From IMG/VR virus record IMGVR_UViG_3300025326_000019: DNA of 64,000 bases; one strand, 5' to 3'. The DNA is from an uncultured virus (IMG/VR IMGVR_UViG_3300025326_000019). Taxonomy: Duplodnaviria; Heunggongvirae; Uroviricota; Caudoviricetes. This document shows positions 37,617 to 46,605 of the stretch, one piece after another; within the stretch, counting starts at the first letter, position 1; every line of letters begins with the position of its first letter. Position numbers and translations under genes: made by a program. The notes under the pieces are model-generated. The model saw nothing but the letters and a program-made list of their open reading frames with translations, ran no database searches and was not told where the DNA came from.

Positions 37617-39928
37617 TGCCACGTGTGCTGATCGTCAGCGATAGCCCGGCGGTGAGTTCTGGCATGGGCCGCGTGGTGCGTGAACTCGCGCCGCGATTCA
37701 CGGCCGACGGATTTTCGGTCGGGGTCGCTGGGTGGTTTGACCTTGACGCTCCTGCCATGGACTTCGATTATCCAGTTTTCCCAATTCAGAAGCACGAACC
37801 GGCGAGCCTGCAACCGTATCTCGAGCACTTTGCGCCGGATCTCGTGGTGGCGATCGGGGATCCGTGGGACTGGGCGTGGCTTGTCAATCATCGGTTGCAG
37901 ACCGGCGGATACAAGCTCGTCGGCTACCTAAATGTCGAAAGTGCTCCATTGCCCATGCTGTGTGAACGTATTCTCGACGGTTTCGATGCCGTGTGTACCT
38001 CTAGCCAGTACGGTGCCCGTGCGATCGGCCGGCCTGGCGTGACTGCGATTCATTACGGCGTCGATACGGAGACGTTCTTTCCCATGCCGCCACCGTCCAA
38101 GGTGTTGTTTGGGAAGCCATTGGATCAGACATTCACGGTGCTGATCAACGGGCAAAATACATTTCGAAAGAACTTGGGCGCATCCATGGCGGGATTCCTG
38201 CAGTTCGCTCGCGGGAAGCCGGATGTCCTGGCGTACTTCAATACCGTCGCTAGGCCAGGTCCGAACGATGCACCCGGGACGGACCTCGTGGATCTGTCTA
38301 TTCAGCTCGAGGCTGAGAAACTCGTTTGGTTCAATCCAGACAACCATGGACCGATCAAGACCATTGACGATACGGCCTTGAACGGACTCTATGGGATTGC
38401 CTCCGTTCTGCTCTCAACTTCTGTCGGCGAAGGATTCGGGCTTCCGGTCCTCGAGGCGATGGCCTGTGGCGTTGTTCCGGTAGTTCCGCAAGATTTCAGT
38501 ATGCCGGAAATCATCGGAACGGAACCGGGTCAGTACATCCAACACGCCCGCGGTATTGGGATCCCGGTGCATGCGTACATTCCGACGCTCCAGGGTCAGC
38601 GGGTGCCGGTGGTCGCTGACGCGGACATTGCGGATGCGCTCCAAGCTGCCTACGACGCATGGCGTCATATGCGCGCAATGTCCAATCTCGATGGGGATAC
38701 GACCAGCTTCGGCGTGATGCGCACAAACGGTCTTGAATTCGCGCGGAGCAAGACCTGGGATCGGACGTATACGCAATTCGTTACTGTGTGCCTAGACTCC
38801 TTGCGGACGCCGCGGTCGCGGATGGCGGTGGGCCGACCCATCGAGCCAGCTATCCGACTCTTTGGACGCCGGACAGCCAAACGGCATCCGGAGGCTTTTG
38901 GCGTGCTCAAGATGGGCGGGTTGGGTGACATGCTGCAGGCCACGGCCGTTATCCGGGCTGCGGCGCTCAAGTCAGGACGCAAGGCCGTAGTTTTCTGCAA
39001 CGCCCATGCGGACGTGTTTCTGGCCATGCCAGAGGTGGTTGAAACTGTGCAACTCGCTCCCATGCCCCAGCAAATGGCAGCAGACAGCCTAGCAGACGAG
39101 TTTCCGCTCTTCCTGGACGTCCGGTACGTCTCGAGGGCCTACGGCCTCTGGAAGCCCACGGCGTTCTTTGAGAAGCATCAGTGGTTTTATGACCACTGGA
39201 CGCCGTCCTCAAATCGCCTGGCGACCCTTGGGATGCACAGTACGCAAATCATGCTGGATAGTTTGGGGCTCGAGGGGCCGATTTGGCCGGTCTATGAACC
39301 TCGGGCTGAGCCGTCGCTGGATCGCGCTGCGTGGCCAGTCGAGCCCTACGTGGTCTTGGCGACCGGTGTCGGTGCTATGGGAGGGCTCAAGCGCTGGCCG
39401 GCGGAGCGCTGGACCGCGCTCGCCAGTGCTCTTCACCTGGACGGACTTCACCTTGTGCATGTCGGCGGCACTGGGGATGACGCGGTGGATGGCATTGACT
39501 TTGATTACCGTGGTGCAAGCCTACCTGAGACCGCGTGGATCCTTGAGCATGCGCAAGCGCTAATTGCCGTGGAAGGTGGGATTGCACACTTGGCCGCTGC
39601 GGTCATGCGGCCTTTTTGGGGACCGGATGGGCAGAAGGTGCCCAACGGACAATTCATTGGAGTGATCTTCGGGCCAACGCCCACTAGGCCTTTTCTCTAT
39701 CCAGGCCACACCGCTCTCGTACTCCCAGAATTCTGTACCCCATGCTGGCAGGTCGAACCGAATTGGAAGCACGCCAAATGCTCAATCGGAGCACCGAGTT
39801 GTGTGAACTTCCCGTCGGTGGCGGATGTCCTCTCTACGGTAACGCTGTATCTGCCGCGTGTGACCCGAACATCCTTTTCTTCTCCCAGTACGGCGCATGC
39901 CCTGCATATGGAAATGATACCGAAATGA
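37616..39928 (+). CDS. GT4 + GT9 (heptosyltransferase-like) fusion glycosyltransferase
   Basis: N half: SGMGRV, RKNL, GEGFGLPVLEAMACG; C half: GGLGDML, KRWPAERW, SLPETAWIL, VEGGIAHLAAA, IFGPT, CTPCW. Confidence 0.9.
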   Translation: MPRVLIVSDSPAVSSGMGRVVRELAPRFTADGFSVGVAGWFDLDAPAMDFDYPVFPIQKHEPASLQPYLEHFAPDLVVAIGDPWDWAWLVNHRLQTGGYKLVGYLNVESAPLPMLCERILDGFDAVCTSSQYGARAIGRPGVTAIHYGVDTETFFPMPPPSKVLFGKPLDQTFTVLINGQNTFRKNLGASMAGFLQFARGKPDVLAYFNTVARPGPNDAPGTDLVDLSIQLEAEKLVWFNPDNHGPIKTIDDTALNGLYGIASVLLSTSVGEGFGLPVLEAMACGVVPVVPQDFSMPEIIGTEPGQYIQHARGIGIPVHAYIPTLQGQRVPVVADADIADALQAAYDAWRHMRAMSNLDGDTTSFGVMRTNGLEFARSKTWDRTYTQFVTVCLDSLRTPRSRMAVGRPIEPAIRLFGRRTAKRHPEAFGVLKMGGLGDMLQATAVIRAAALKSGRKAVVFCNAHADVFLAMPEVVETVQLAPMPQQMAADSLADEFPLFLDVRYVSRAYGLWKPTAFFEKHQWFYDHWTPSSNRLATLGMHSTQIMLDSLGLEGPIWPVYEPRAEPSLDRAAWPVEPYVVLATGVGAMGGLKRWPAERWTALASALHLDGLHLVHVGGTGDDAVDGIDFDYRGASLPETAWILEHAQALIAVEGGIAHLAAAVMRPFWGPDGQKVPNGQFIGVIFGPTPTRPFLYPGHTALVLPEFCTPCWQVEPNWKHAKCSIGAPSCVNFPSVADVLSTVTLYLPRVTRTSFSSPSTAHALHMEMIPK

Positions 39929-39935
39929 TTTTGTC

Positions 39936-40136
39936 ATGATACGACGGCTCAGTATCGCCTACCTCGTTGCCGTATTGACGTGGGGGTTTACGCTGTCCAT
40001 TGGGGATTCGACGTTTCGCGTGTGTGGATTTACAACACGCGATAAATGCTGGAGTGTACATAAGACGCTGACCGACGCATTCCCTGAATGGATCCTCGGT
40101 CACTGTGAACGTGAACCGCTGGTGCGACGTGGCTAA
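39936..40136 (+). CDS. small hypothetical protein with a hydrophobic N-terminus
   Basis: Fills the gap; signal-like N-terminus. Confidence 0.4.
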   Translation: MIRRLSIAYLVAVLTWGFTLSIGDSTFRVCGFTTRDKCWSVHKTLTDAFPEWILGHCEREPLVRRG

Positions 40137-40605
40137 CACGGATCTGGGCAGCCTTGAGCCGCAATTGATTGAAGAACTCGGTGGCGAGGACCTGGCGCCC
40201 GGCGTCCTCCGTCGGATGAACCTCCTTATCCAGGCGGTACCGGATTTCAACGCCGCCACGCACGTAGCCTTTGGGTTGGCTGGTACAACGCTTGATCGCG
40301 AAGCCTCGCCCATGGAATCCCGCGCGATCGTGCTCTTTGCGGCACTGAAATATCTTCGCGGGATGGCCATTGTGTCTGCTGGCATGGCACTCAGTCACAC
40401 GAACGTCGCCGGCCGTACGGACACCTCGGGTCAGCCGCGTGCGTACGAGCGGCGCATTGAATCGGTTGAGGCACGGTTGGCGGCGGTCATGGAACGTCTA
40501 ACTGACCACGCCATTGCTGGAGAAACCGTGGCGGCCGAGTTGGGAGAGACCAAAGACTTGCTTACGAGTCTCCCATCAACGTCGTGGTGGGATTGGCGCT
40601 GGTAA
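40105..40605 (+). CDS. head-tail adaptor (putative; true start may be the GTG ~24 nt downstream)
   Basis: Size, helical pattern and position after the capsid module. Confidence 0.55.
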   Translation: MNVNRWCDVANTDLGSLEPQLIEELGGEDLAPGVLRRMNLLIQAVPDFNAATHVAFGLAGTTLDREASPMESRAIVLFAALKYLRGMAIVSAGMALSHTNVAGRTDTSGQPRAYERRIESVEARLAAVMERLTDHAIAGETVAAELGETKDLLTSLPSTSWWDWRW

Positions 40606-40672
40606 ACCCTGTTGCAGAGAGGAGGAGGCGGTATGCACGTGACATTCACACTTTCACGAGGAGGAGGGGCGC

Positions 40673-41771
40673 ATGGCAACTGCACGCATGAAGAAGGGTA
40701 GGCGCCCGCGGGGAGGAGTCACGCACTCCTCGATTCATGTCCGCGGGTTCGCTCGGATTCAGATGGGGGAGAGGGTCGACGGTCACCTGAAGATTGTCGG
40801 TGATTCCGGGTGGCTGAAGAACACGATTACCAACGAGGGGCGCAATCTGTACATCGCGGCGCAGGTCGGCTCTGTCACCGGTTCCAAGCAGGTGAACGCG
40901 CTCCAGCTTGCGACGCAGCAAACCGCTGTCGATGCCGCGTCCACGGCTCTTGTGGGTGAGACGCGCGTGCGGAAGACACTGCTGGCGTCCACCCTCGCAA
41001 CGGGTACGTTGCGGATGACCGCGTCCTGGTCGTCTACGGACAATGCGGCGGCGATCACCATCGGGTCGATCGCTGTGTACAACACCACTACCGCTGGGGC
41101 GGGTACCATGGGATCGGGCCAAAGTTTCACAACTTTGACTGTAAAATCAACTACTTACAGAGCGCCTGCTCTTTATCTAGTTGGTTGCGGAGCCTTGGCT
41201 GCGTGAGCTACCAAGGGATGGCCGCTAATTCGGCGAACGCTGTGATGCCAACGCCGAGCGAAATGCCTGAGGCGATGAGGACGCGCTCGCAACACGTCTC
41301 AGGTATCTGTGTAGAGATCATATACGGCCCTCTTCGGCGCGTGCAGACCGGAGATGAAGACATGATCCATGCCCTGGCGAATGATAAGTCAGGGAACCAG
41401 CCCGATAGCCCAGTAAATTTGACGCACTGCGCAATGGGCGTCAAATCAAGATTTGTCGGCTACGTTACTCCTGCTGCAAAATCAACTAGTTATATCTCAG
41501 AATATGAGAGATCGGTTGATAGCAGCGTAAAGGGGTCGGCGCGTCATATTGGTGACGATATGACGGATGGTGGCGAACTCGGTGGACGCTGTGATGCCAA
41601 TACCGAGCCAAGCGTTGGGTCAGGGGAGATCGCACTCGTTTGTACTGACTCAATGGCGTGTGTAGAGACTAGGTGCCACCCTCTCCCGTGCGGTAGTTTG
41701 GGAGATGAAGGTATAGTCCACTCCCCGGCGAACGATAAGTCGGGAGCCACGAGGACGAGTGGCGTTTCTAA
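40673..41771 (+). CDS. spliced structural protein, 171 aa: join(40673..41135,41430..41465,41755..41771)
   Basis: Removing both introns gives ...GSGQSFTT-SQWASNQDLSAT-YEWRF*; each 5' exon ends in U and each intron ends in G. Confidence 0.85.
41136..41429 (+). mobile_element. group I intron 1 (294 nt, no ORF)
   Basis: P AATTCGGCGAA, Q AACGCCGAGC, R GTAGAGATCA, S GAAGACATGATCC; P3 GGCCG/CGGCC; P7 GATCA/TGATC; IGS TTGCGGAG (41185-41192) pairs with CTT|CGCAA with U.G at the splice site. Confidence 0.9.
41466..41754 (+). mobile_element. group I intron 2 (289 nt, no ORF)
   Basis: P AACTCGGTGGA, Q AATACCGAGCCAAG, R GTAGAGACTA, S GAAGGTATAGTCC; P3 GGTGGC/GCCACC; P2 CGTCATAT/ATATGACG. Confidence 0.9.
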
Positions 41772-41807
41772 CGCATCGCGTTACAGTAGTTTGAGAGAGA
41801 ATCAAGT

Positions 41808-42926
41808 GTGATTTGGACGAAGGAGATGGATGCACTACTGCTCGAGAAGTATCCGAGCGAAGGTGCCCGTCCGTGCTCGGTACTATTCGGCGTATCAATC
41901 GACGCCGTATGGCACCGAGCACGGAAACTAGGCTGTCATGCGAGCAAGGAAGTGCAGAAGTCTGCCATCCGTAGATGGAAAGACGAGTACGACGACATTC
42001 TTCGGAAACGGTATGCAGTCGACGGTCCACAAAGAATAGCAGCAGAACTCAAATTATCTAGGCAAACCGTAGAGAATCGGGCAGCGGCTCTTGGTCTTAC
42101 AAAGGGACACTGGAGTCAGGAATCGGATGCAGTAATTAAATCCGGTTATGCCGCAGATGGTGCTGCAGCCGTTGCTAAGGTTCTAGGGGTACCAATTTCT
42201 GCTGTGTACCACCGTGCCCGACGACTTGGAATTAAATATGACTGGAAGACTCGTCGTGGACAGTCGCAGTGGCTTTCAGAAACAGTACGTGTAACCGCAG
42301 CTATCCGTGATGATTTAAAGTGTGGAATTTACGCTATTCGACATGGTGACAGTGGTCGGATGTATGTTGGTAGTGCTCTTGATATCTTTTCAAGATGGAA
42401 GGTACATCTAAGGGGTTTGCGTCAAGGTAAGCATCATTCTAGGGCATTACAAGCAATCTTCGATAAATATGGACCATCAGCATTCGTTTTTGAAGTTTTG
42501 GAAGAATGTGCTTCTGAACAGCTTTACGAGCGCGAACAGCAGTTCATGAATATTCATAAACCTGACTTAAATTCGGCTCCAAACGCGGGGAGTCCACGTG
42601 GCATTAAACGCACTGCTGAGCAACGTGTTGCCCATACAAAGAGAATAAGAGCTATTTACGCTGATCCAATTAAGCGCAAACGCATTAGGGCAGCAAAGTC
42701 AGCGGCTATGCGTGAAAAGTGGAAGAACTCAGAATTTCGAGGCAGAATGTCGACGGCTTGGCGTACGCGTCCGTGGGATGGCGAGGAGGATAATTACCTT
42801 TTCAATCTCTCTGGGCATCTTCCTCTTAAAGAATTAGCCGTAGTTTTTGGCCGAACACCGTCGGCCGTCCAAAATCGTGTCCATTTCCTCGGTCTCAGTC
42901 TCCGCGCCAAAGGAGCGAGGGTGTGA
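41808..42926 (+). CDS. free-standing GIY-YIG endonuclease with repeated HTH-like modules
   Basis: CGIYAI...MYVGSA...RW..H...L, EREQQF; three N-terminal and one C-terminal W...D..L HTH-like repeats. Confidence 0.9.
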   Translation: MIWTKEMDALLLEKYPSEGARPCSVLFGVSIDAVWHRARKLGCHASKEVQKSAIRRWKDEYDDILRKRYAVDGPQRIAAELKLSRQTVENRAAALGLTKGHWSQESDAVIKSGYAADGAAAVAKVLGVPISAVYHRARRLGIKYDWKTRRGQSQWLSETVRVTAAIRDDLKCGIYAIRHGDSGRMYVGSALDIFSRWKVHLRGLRQGKHHSRALQAIFDKYGPSAFVFEVLEECASEQLYEREQQFMNIHKPDLNSAPNAGSPRGIKRTAEQRVAHTKRIRAIYADPIKRKRIRAAKSAAMREKWKNSEFRGRMSTAWRTRPWDGEEDNYLFNLSGHLPLKELAVVFGRTPSAVQNRVHFLGLSLRAKGARV

Positions 42927-43322
42927 ATGGGCACCGGCTATCTCACCCCCGCGCAAATAGCGCAGATCAAGGCGATCCGAGCGAAGGCCTGGAACCGCCC
43001 GTTCACGGTCTACACAGAGGTACGGAGCTCGCCGACAGATTACTACGACACGCCAGCGCTCCTGCAAAGTGGCACGACCACGGTGCTATCAGGCGACTGG
43101 GCCTGGCGCGGGCAGGTGGAGAACCGTGGAGAAGCGGGTGGAGTGATCCAGCATGCGGACTTAGCGCTGGCAACGGATATCCTGTATTCCGGCTCCCTGA
43201 TGCAGGCGGGGGTACGACTGGTCGTCGACGGCATCACGGTGGCGGTGATACGGGCATCCCCGTACCCAGATTCAGGGGAAATCGTTGTGAACGCTGTCAG
43301 AGTTCTGACGACCAATGAGTAA
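42927..43322 (+). CDS. head-closure / head-tail joining protein (putative)
   Basis: 131 aa, beta-rich, in neck position. Confidence 0.6.
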   Translation: MGTGYLTPAQIAQIKAIRAKAWNRPFTVYTEVRSSPTDYYDTPALLQSGTTTVLSGDWAWRGQVENRGEAGGVIQHADLALATDILYSGSLMQAGVRLVVDGITVAVIRASPYPDSGEIVVNAVRVLTTNE

Positions 43323-43620
43323 TCTGCTCCTCGCGCTCTCGGACGTCTCACGCCTTGTCGTGACGGGGTCCTTCTGGTGGTTTGTCATCAAATTCTGGAA
43401 CATCAGGAACGGACTCGTGCTCCGTCGGTTCGCGGATTTCATTGTTGCGCTGGCACTCACCAGTAGCTGGATTACCCTAGTACATTTCGACCGGCGATTC
43501 GATGTATTGCCAATGATCGATCTCAACACCATCGCACTCGAATGGCAGTGGGTGAGTAGCGCGATCCTTGTTACAACACTTCTACGCCTCGGCCAGGCAC
43601 TCCTCCGGACGCCGACATGA
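43315..43620 (+). CDS. membrane protein with about 3 hydrophobic segments (holin-like possible)
   Basis: Hydrophobicity pattern. Confidence 0.5.
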   Translation: MSNLLLALSDVSRLVVTGSFWWFVIKFWNIRNGLVLRRFADFIVALALTSSWITLVHFDRRFDVLPMIDLNTIALEWQWVSSAILVTTLLRLGQALLRTPT

Positions 43621-44096
43621 GCGAGCCTGCAAGTGGAACTAAGGCACCTTCGACGATCGATTCGGCAATCGCGGAGATCGTCTCTGCTGCCGCTGACCGT
43701 GCGGCCGAGCGTGTGCTCTACCAAGCGGCCATTACCCGTGCTGAGGTCGAGCAAGAACTGGTGAGGTTTAATGCCGAGCGTACGAGCATGATCAAAGAAA
43801 TTTCACTTCAGGTCGCGGCAGCGGCGGCGAAAGCTGATCTCGCGCTGGTGCAACATCAACTCGAAGAGATGACACGGTTTCAATCCATTGAAGAGAAGAT
43901 GGCACTGGTGGCGACGCAGATGACGAATATGGCTGCATCATTTTCTCAGATTGCGGCCGACGTGAAGTCCTTACTGGCCACGCGATCGTATACGCAGGGT
44001 GCGTGGAAGATGTTAACCGTGCTTGCCGTCGTTATCTCTGCTGCGGTGGCCATGATAAGCAATTTCCTGCAAAACAGGTGGCCTTGGGGTCACTGA
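43617..44096 (+). CDS. coiled-coil protein with a C-terminal TM helix
   Basis: Heptad-rich; GAWKMLTVLAVVISAAVAMI. Confidence 0.6.
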   Translation: MSEPASGTKAPSTIDSAIAEIVSAAADRAAERVLYQAAITRAEVEQELVRFNAERTSMIKEISLQVAAAAAKADLALVQHQLEEMTRFQSIEEKMALVATQMTNMAASFSQIAADVKSLLATRSYTQGAWKMLTVLAVVISAAVAMISNFLQNRWPWGH

Positions 44097-44105
44097 GGTC
44101 AATCA

Positions 44106-44393
44106 ATGACTGAGAACGGGACCGTGACGCTGTCAGCCAAAACGAAGGAAGAATTCCGGCGTGCGGTGAACAATTCCGTGCGACACGCGAAGCGGAGTCT
44201 GCTCACGTTCCTCGAGTTCCAGAAAGCGCAGCACGCGGAACTGGATCCGCTGTACGGATATCTGATGAAACGTGTGCACAACGACGTCTCGATCATCGAG
44301 GACCAGGTGGACGCGGCGTTTGAAATCGTCTGCAACGGCGGCATTATTCCAGCATTTGGCCGTACTGAAGAAGAACAGAAACGGAGCGCTTGA
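44106..44393 (+). CDS. hypothetical protein
   Basis: Operon continuity. Confidence 0.55.
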   Translation: MTENGTVTLSAKTKEEFRRAVNNSVRHAKRSLLTFLEFQKAQHAELDPLYGYLMKRVHNDVSIIEDQVDAAFEIVCNGGIIPAFGRTEEEQKRSA

Positions 44394-45154
44394 TGCCTCT
44401 TATCGATCTGCTTGCGGAAGACTTGGCTGCCTTGCAACGCATCGTCGCTCATACCATGGCATTCGACGTGACCGTGGTACAGCTTCAACGTATTGCTGCA
44501 GCGCTTGGTGTAAGTGTGCCTGCACCTGCGCCTGCGCCTGCTCCAGGGCCTACGCCAGCGCCTATTCCTGCTCCAGCTCCGGCGCCTGCTCCGGTACCAG
44601 TACCTGTGCCGTTGCCTCCTCCGCCTCCTCCGGCATCTACTCCTGGACCTCCTGGACCGGGGTGTTTCGGAGGTCAATCGAGCGCGTTCGCAGCAATCTA
44701 TGAAGATGTGCAGCTTGGGTCGTTCTACGAAGCAGACATTACCGGCGGCAATGGACCCGATGGATCGAATCCGTCAGGCGAAGGCGTGGATAATCATTTC
44801 TTTTTCGTGGGTCTGTCGAGCCGAGGACACTCTGTGTGGGCACCGCAATCTCTGTACCACGGCGTGCGGCGACCGACGGACGCTGTGATATCTGCAGCCC
44901 TGGCGGCAGTCCATGGTGTGCGCTACGTCGTGATCGGATCCTCTGATCCTCTAGATGAATCATGCGCGATCTATGAAGCTGGAGCGCCAAATTGGCCGTC
45001 TCCAGGATCGAATTACATTCGTGTAGGGACGTCAGGAACGGGCGGTATTCCAGATTTTTCACTTGGAGCAGGTTTACCTATCTATGCTCGCCCAAATGTC
45101 AATCCATCATTACTCCATGCCGTGATTCTCGCCCTAGGCGGGACTGCGACGTGA
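44390..45154 (+). CDS. protein with a Pro/Ala-rich linker
   Basis: (PA)n/(PV)n/poly-P tract at about 44515-44660. Confidence 0.65.
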   Translation: MMPLIDLLAEDLAALQRIVAHTMAFDVTVVQLQRIAAALGVSVPAPAPAPAPGPTPAPIPAPAPAPAPVPVPVPLPPPPPPASTPGPPGPGCFGGQSSAFAAIYEDVQLGSFYEADITGGNGPDGSNPSGEGVDNHFFFVGLSSRGHSVWAPQSLYHGVRRPTDAVISAALAAVHGVRYVVIGSSDPLDESCAIYEAGAPNWPSPGSNYIRVGTSGTGGIPDFSLGAGLPIYARPNVNPSLLHAVILALGGTAT

Positions 45155-45254
45155 GGATCTAGGAATGCGTGGGATGGCGATAACGATCTGCATAGGAATC
45201 GGCGTACTGTTCCTGTACCTAGCGTGCCATCACAACGGGAGGCTGAACTAAGTC

Positions 45255-45893
45255 ATGGCAGTCGGTACGCTTACCCTCACAGCACAGGGCCGAGCCAAGC
45301 TCGCCCGATTCCTTGTTGCCGTGCGACAGGAAGCGTCCGCAGCGGTCGGCTATGCTGCGGTCGAACTCAAGTCCGCGGTCGCCGATGCTGCGCCGTCACC
45401 GGAAGAAGAGGGTCGCCTCCTATCCGAAGGTGTCGGGGTGTCTGGTGGAGGCCTCGCTGCCTTTGGAACGCCAGAGGGTGGCAGATTTCTCCGTCAGGGT
45501 ACGATGGTATCGTTGCGTGAGGCGATTCAAAGTGATCCGCTGGAATCGAAGGCAGTGACACAGGACCGCTTTGTGGCAGGGTTTGGAAGTCCCACACGTA
45601 TCAATGCGAAGACAGGGTTCTCATGGCAGACGCGCCGGCGCGGGATCCAAGGGCCGACGTTGCCGTTCAATCAGGCCTACGTACAGGCACTGGAAAACGG
45701 CGGCGTGATCTGGAAAGTTGTTCCACGTCCCGGCACACGAATCCTCGAACCAGAACCCGGCCGCTTTGCACGAGAAATGTACAAGACACTTGCCCCGCGT
45801 CGCATGTTCCGCGGCACGCTTTTTCTTCGTCAGACGCGGCTCAAGGCTCGCATGGCAGCGGAGATCCGGCAGGCGGCGAGGTCAATTGCGTGA
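45255..45893 (+). CDS. neck/tail completion protein (HK97 gp10-like position)
   Basis: Basic; AYVQALENG; precedes the terminator-like gene. Confidence 0.5.
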   Translation: MAVGTLTLTAQGRAKLARFLVAVRQEASAAVGYAAVELKSAVADAAPSPEEEGRLLSEGVGVSGGGLAAFGTPEGGRFLRQGTMVSLREAIQSDPLESKAVTQDRFVAGFGSPTRINAKTGFSWQTRRRGIQGPTLPFNQAYVQALENGGVIWKVVPRPGTRILEPEPGRFAREMYKTLAPRRMFRGTLFLRQTRLKARMAAEIRQAARSIA

Positions 45894-46063
45894 AAACGCT
45901 CAAAGTTAATAGGTCCATGGCTCCGATACCAATCTGGCGGGCTTGCAGTGCCTGCCATCTGGTGTTTTCTGTCGGCGTACCGGAAGGCACGGCACCTCGG
46001 CCAATCGCACATTGTCCAACTTGTGGATCTGAATTACTTGAACTGCTGGAGAAGATGACATAA
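45890..46063 (+). CDS. small Zn-ribbon protein
   Basis: GTGA overlap; CSAC...CPTCGS. Confidence 0.5.
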   Translation: MKTLKVNRSMAPIPIWRACSACHLVFSVGVPEGTAPRPIAHCPTCGSELLELLEKMT

Positions 46064-46605
46064 TGCCGCCTATTGCCCCGACACCATTGATGCGGTCACT
46101 GCCGAACATTATCGCGTCGATGTTCAGGTATTTATCCGATCTGCAGTATACGGTCGGTACCCGCACCGATACGCTCAAAGGATTCTTTCCGGGGCTCATT
46201 ATCTTTCCAGCGTTCCCGGATGACTTGACCGTACTGAAATCTCCCGTGCTCGCGCTGGGCAGTACGGAATATACGTCCCCTGGATTCGATCGATTCGGGT
46301 CCGTGGGATTCGACGCCGTGTATCGGTTGCCGCTGTGGGGATTTGTGTGTGGGCAGGGCGGCGATCAGAAGAACAAGGCCTATCGGGATCGGCTCATGAG
46401 CGATCTGATCGAGATCTTTTCTGGTACGGCGGCCAATGAGGGCATCGATCTTTATGATTCGGAAACGCGGCAAGTTATTTCCACCGTGGAAGTGGTCGGG
46501 TGCATGGCGCGAGAAGTGCCGACGAATGCGCCGACGATCGATGCAGATCGCTTTAGATTTCTTTGTGAGGTGGATGTTTCTATAGACGCTGGGTGGACAT
46601 CATGA
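46063..46605 (+). CDS. tail terminator protein (putative)
   Basis: Position before the tail tube; FP.....PVLAL, RDRL...L pattern. Confidence 0.55.
   Translation: MPPIAPTPLMRSLPNIIASMFRYLSDLQYTVGTRTDTLKGFFPGLIIFPAFPDDLTVLKSPVLALGSTEYTSPGFDRFGSVGFDAVYRLPLWGFVCGQGGDQKNKAYRDRLMSDLIEIFSGTAANEGIDLYDSETRQVISTVEVVGCMAREVPTNAPTIDADRFRFLCEVDVSIDAGWTS

Noticed and set aside
41436..41761. Alternative 3' splice sites at G41436 and G41761 (the post-P7 CCA can pair with exon TGG), with 5' sites shifted by 1 nt
   Set aside because: These are also in frame but drop two codons each and lose the 8-nt guide pairing of intron 1; disfavoured, but only RT-PCR can exclude them
41185..41811. 208-aa ORF in the track
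   Set aside because: It runs through two structured intron cores and has no protein-like motifs
31014..44106. TCAATCAA in three intergenic gaps (about 31015, 37239, 44099)
   Set aside because: Short and low-complexity with too few copies to call a regulatory motif
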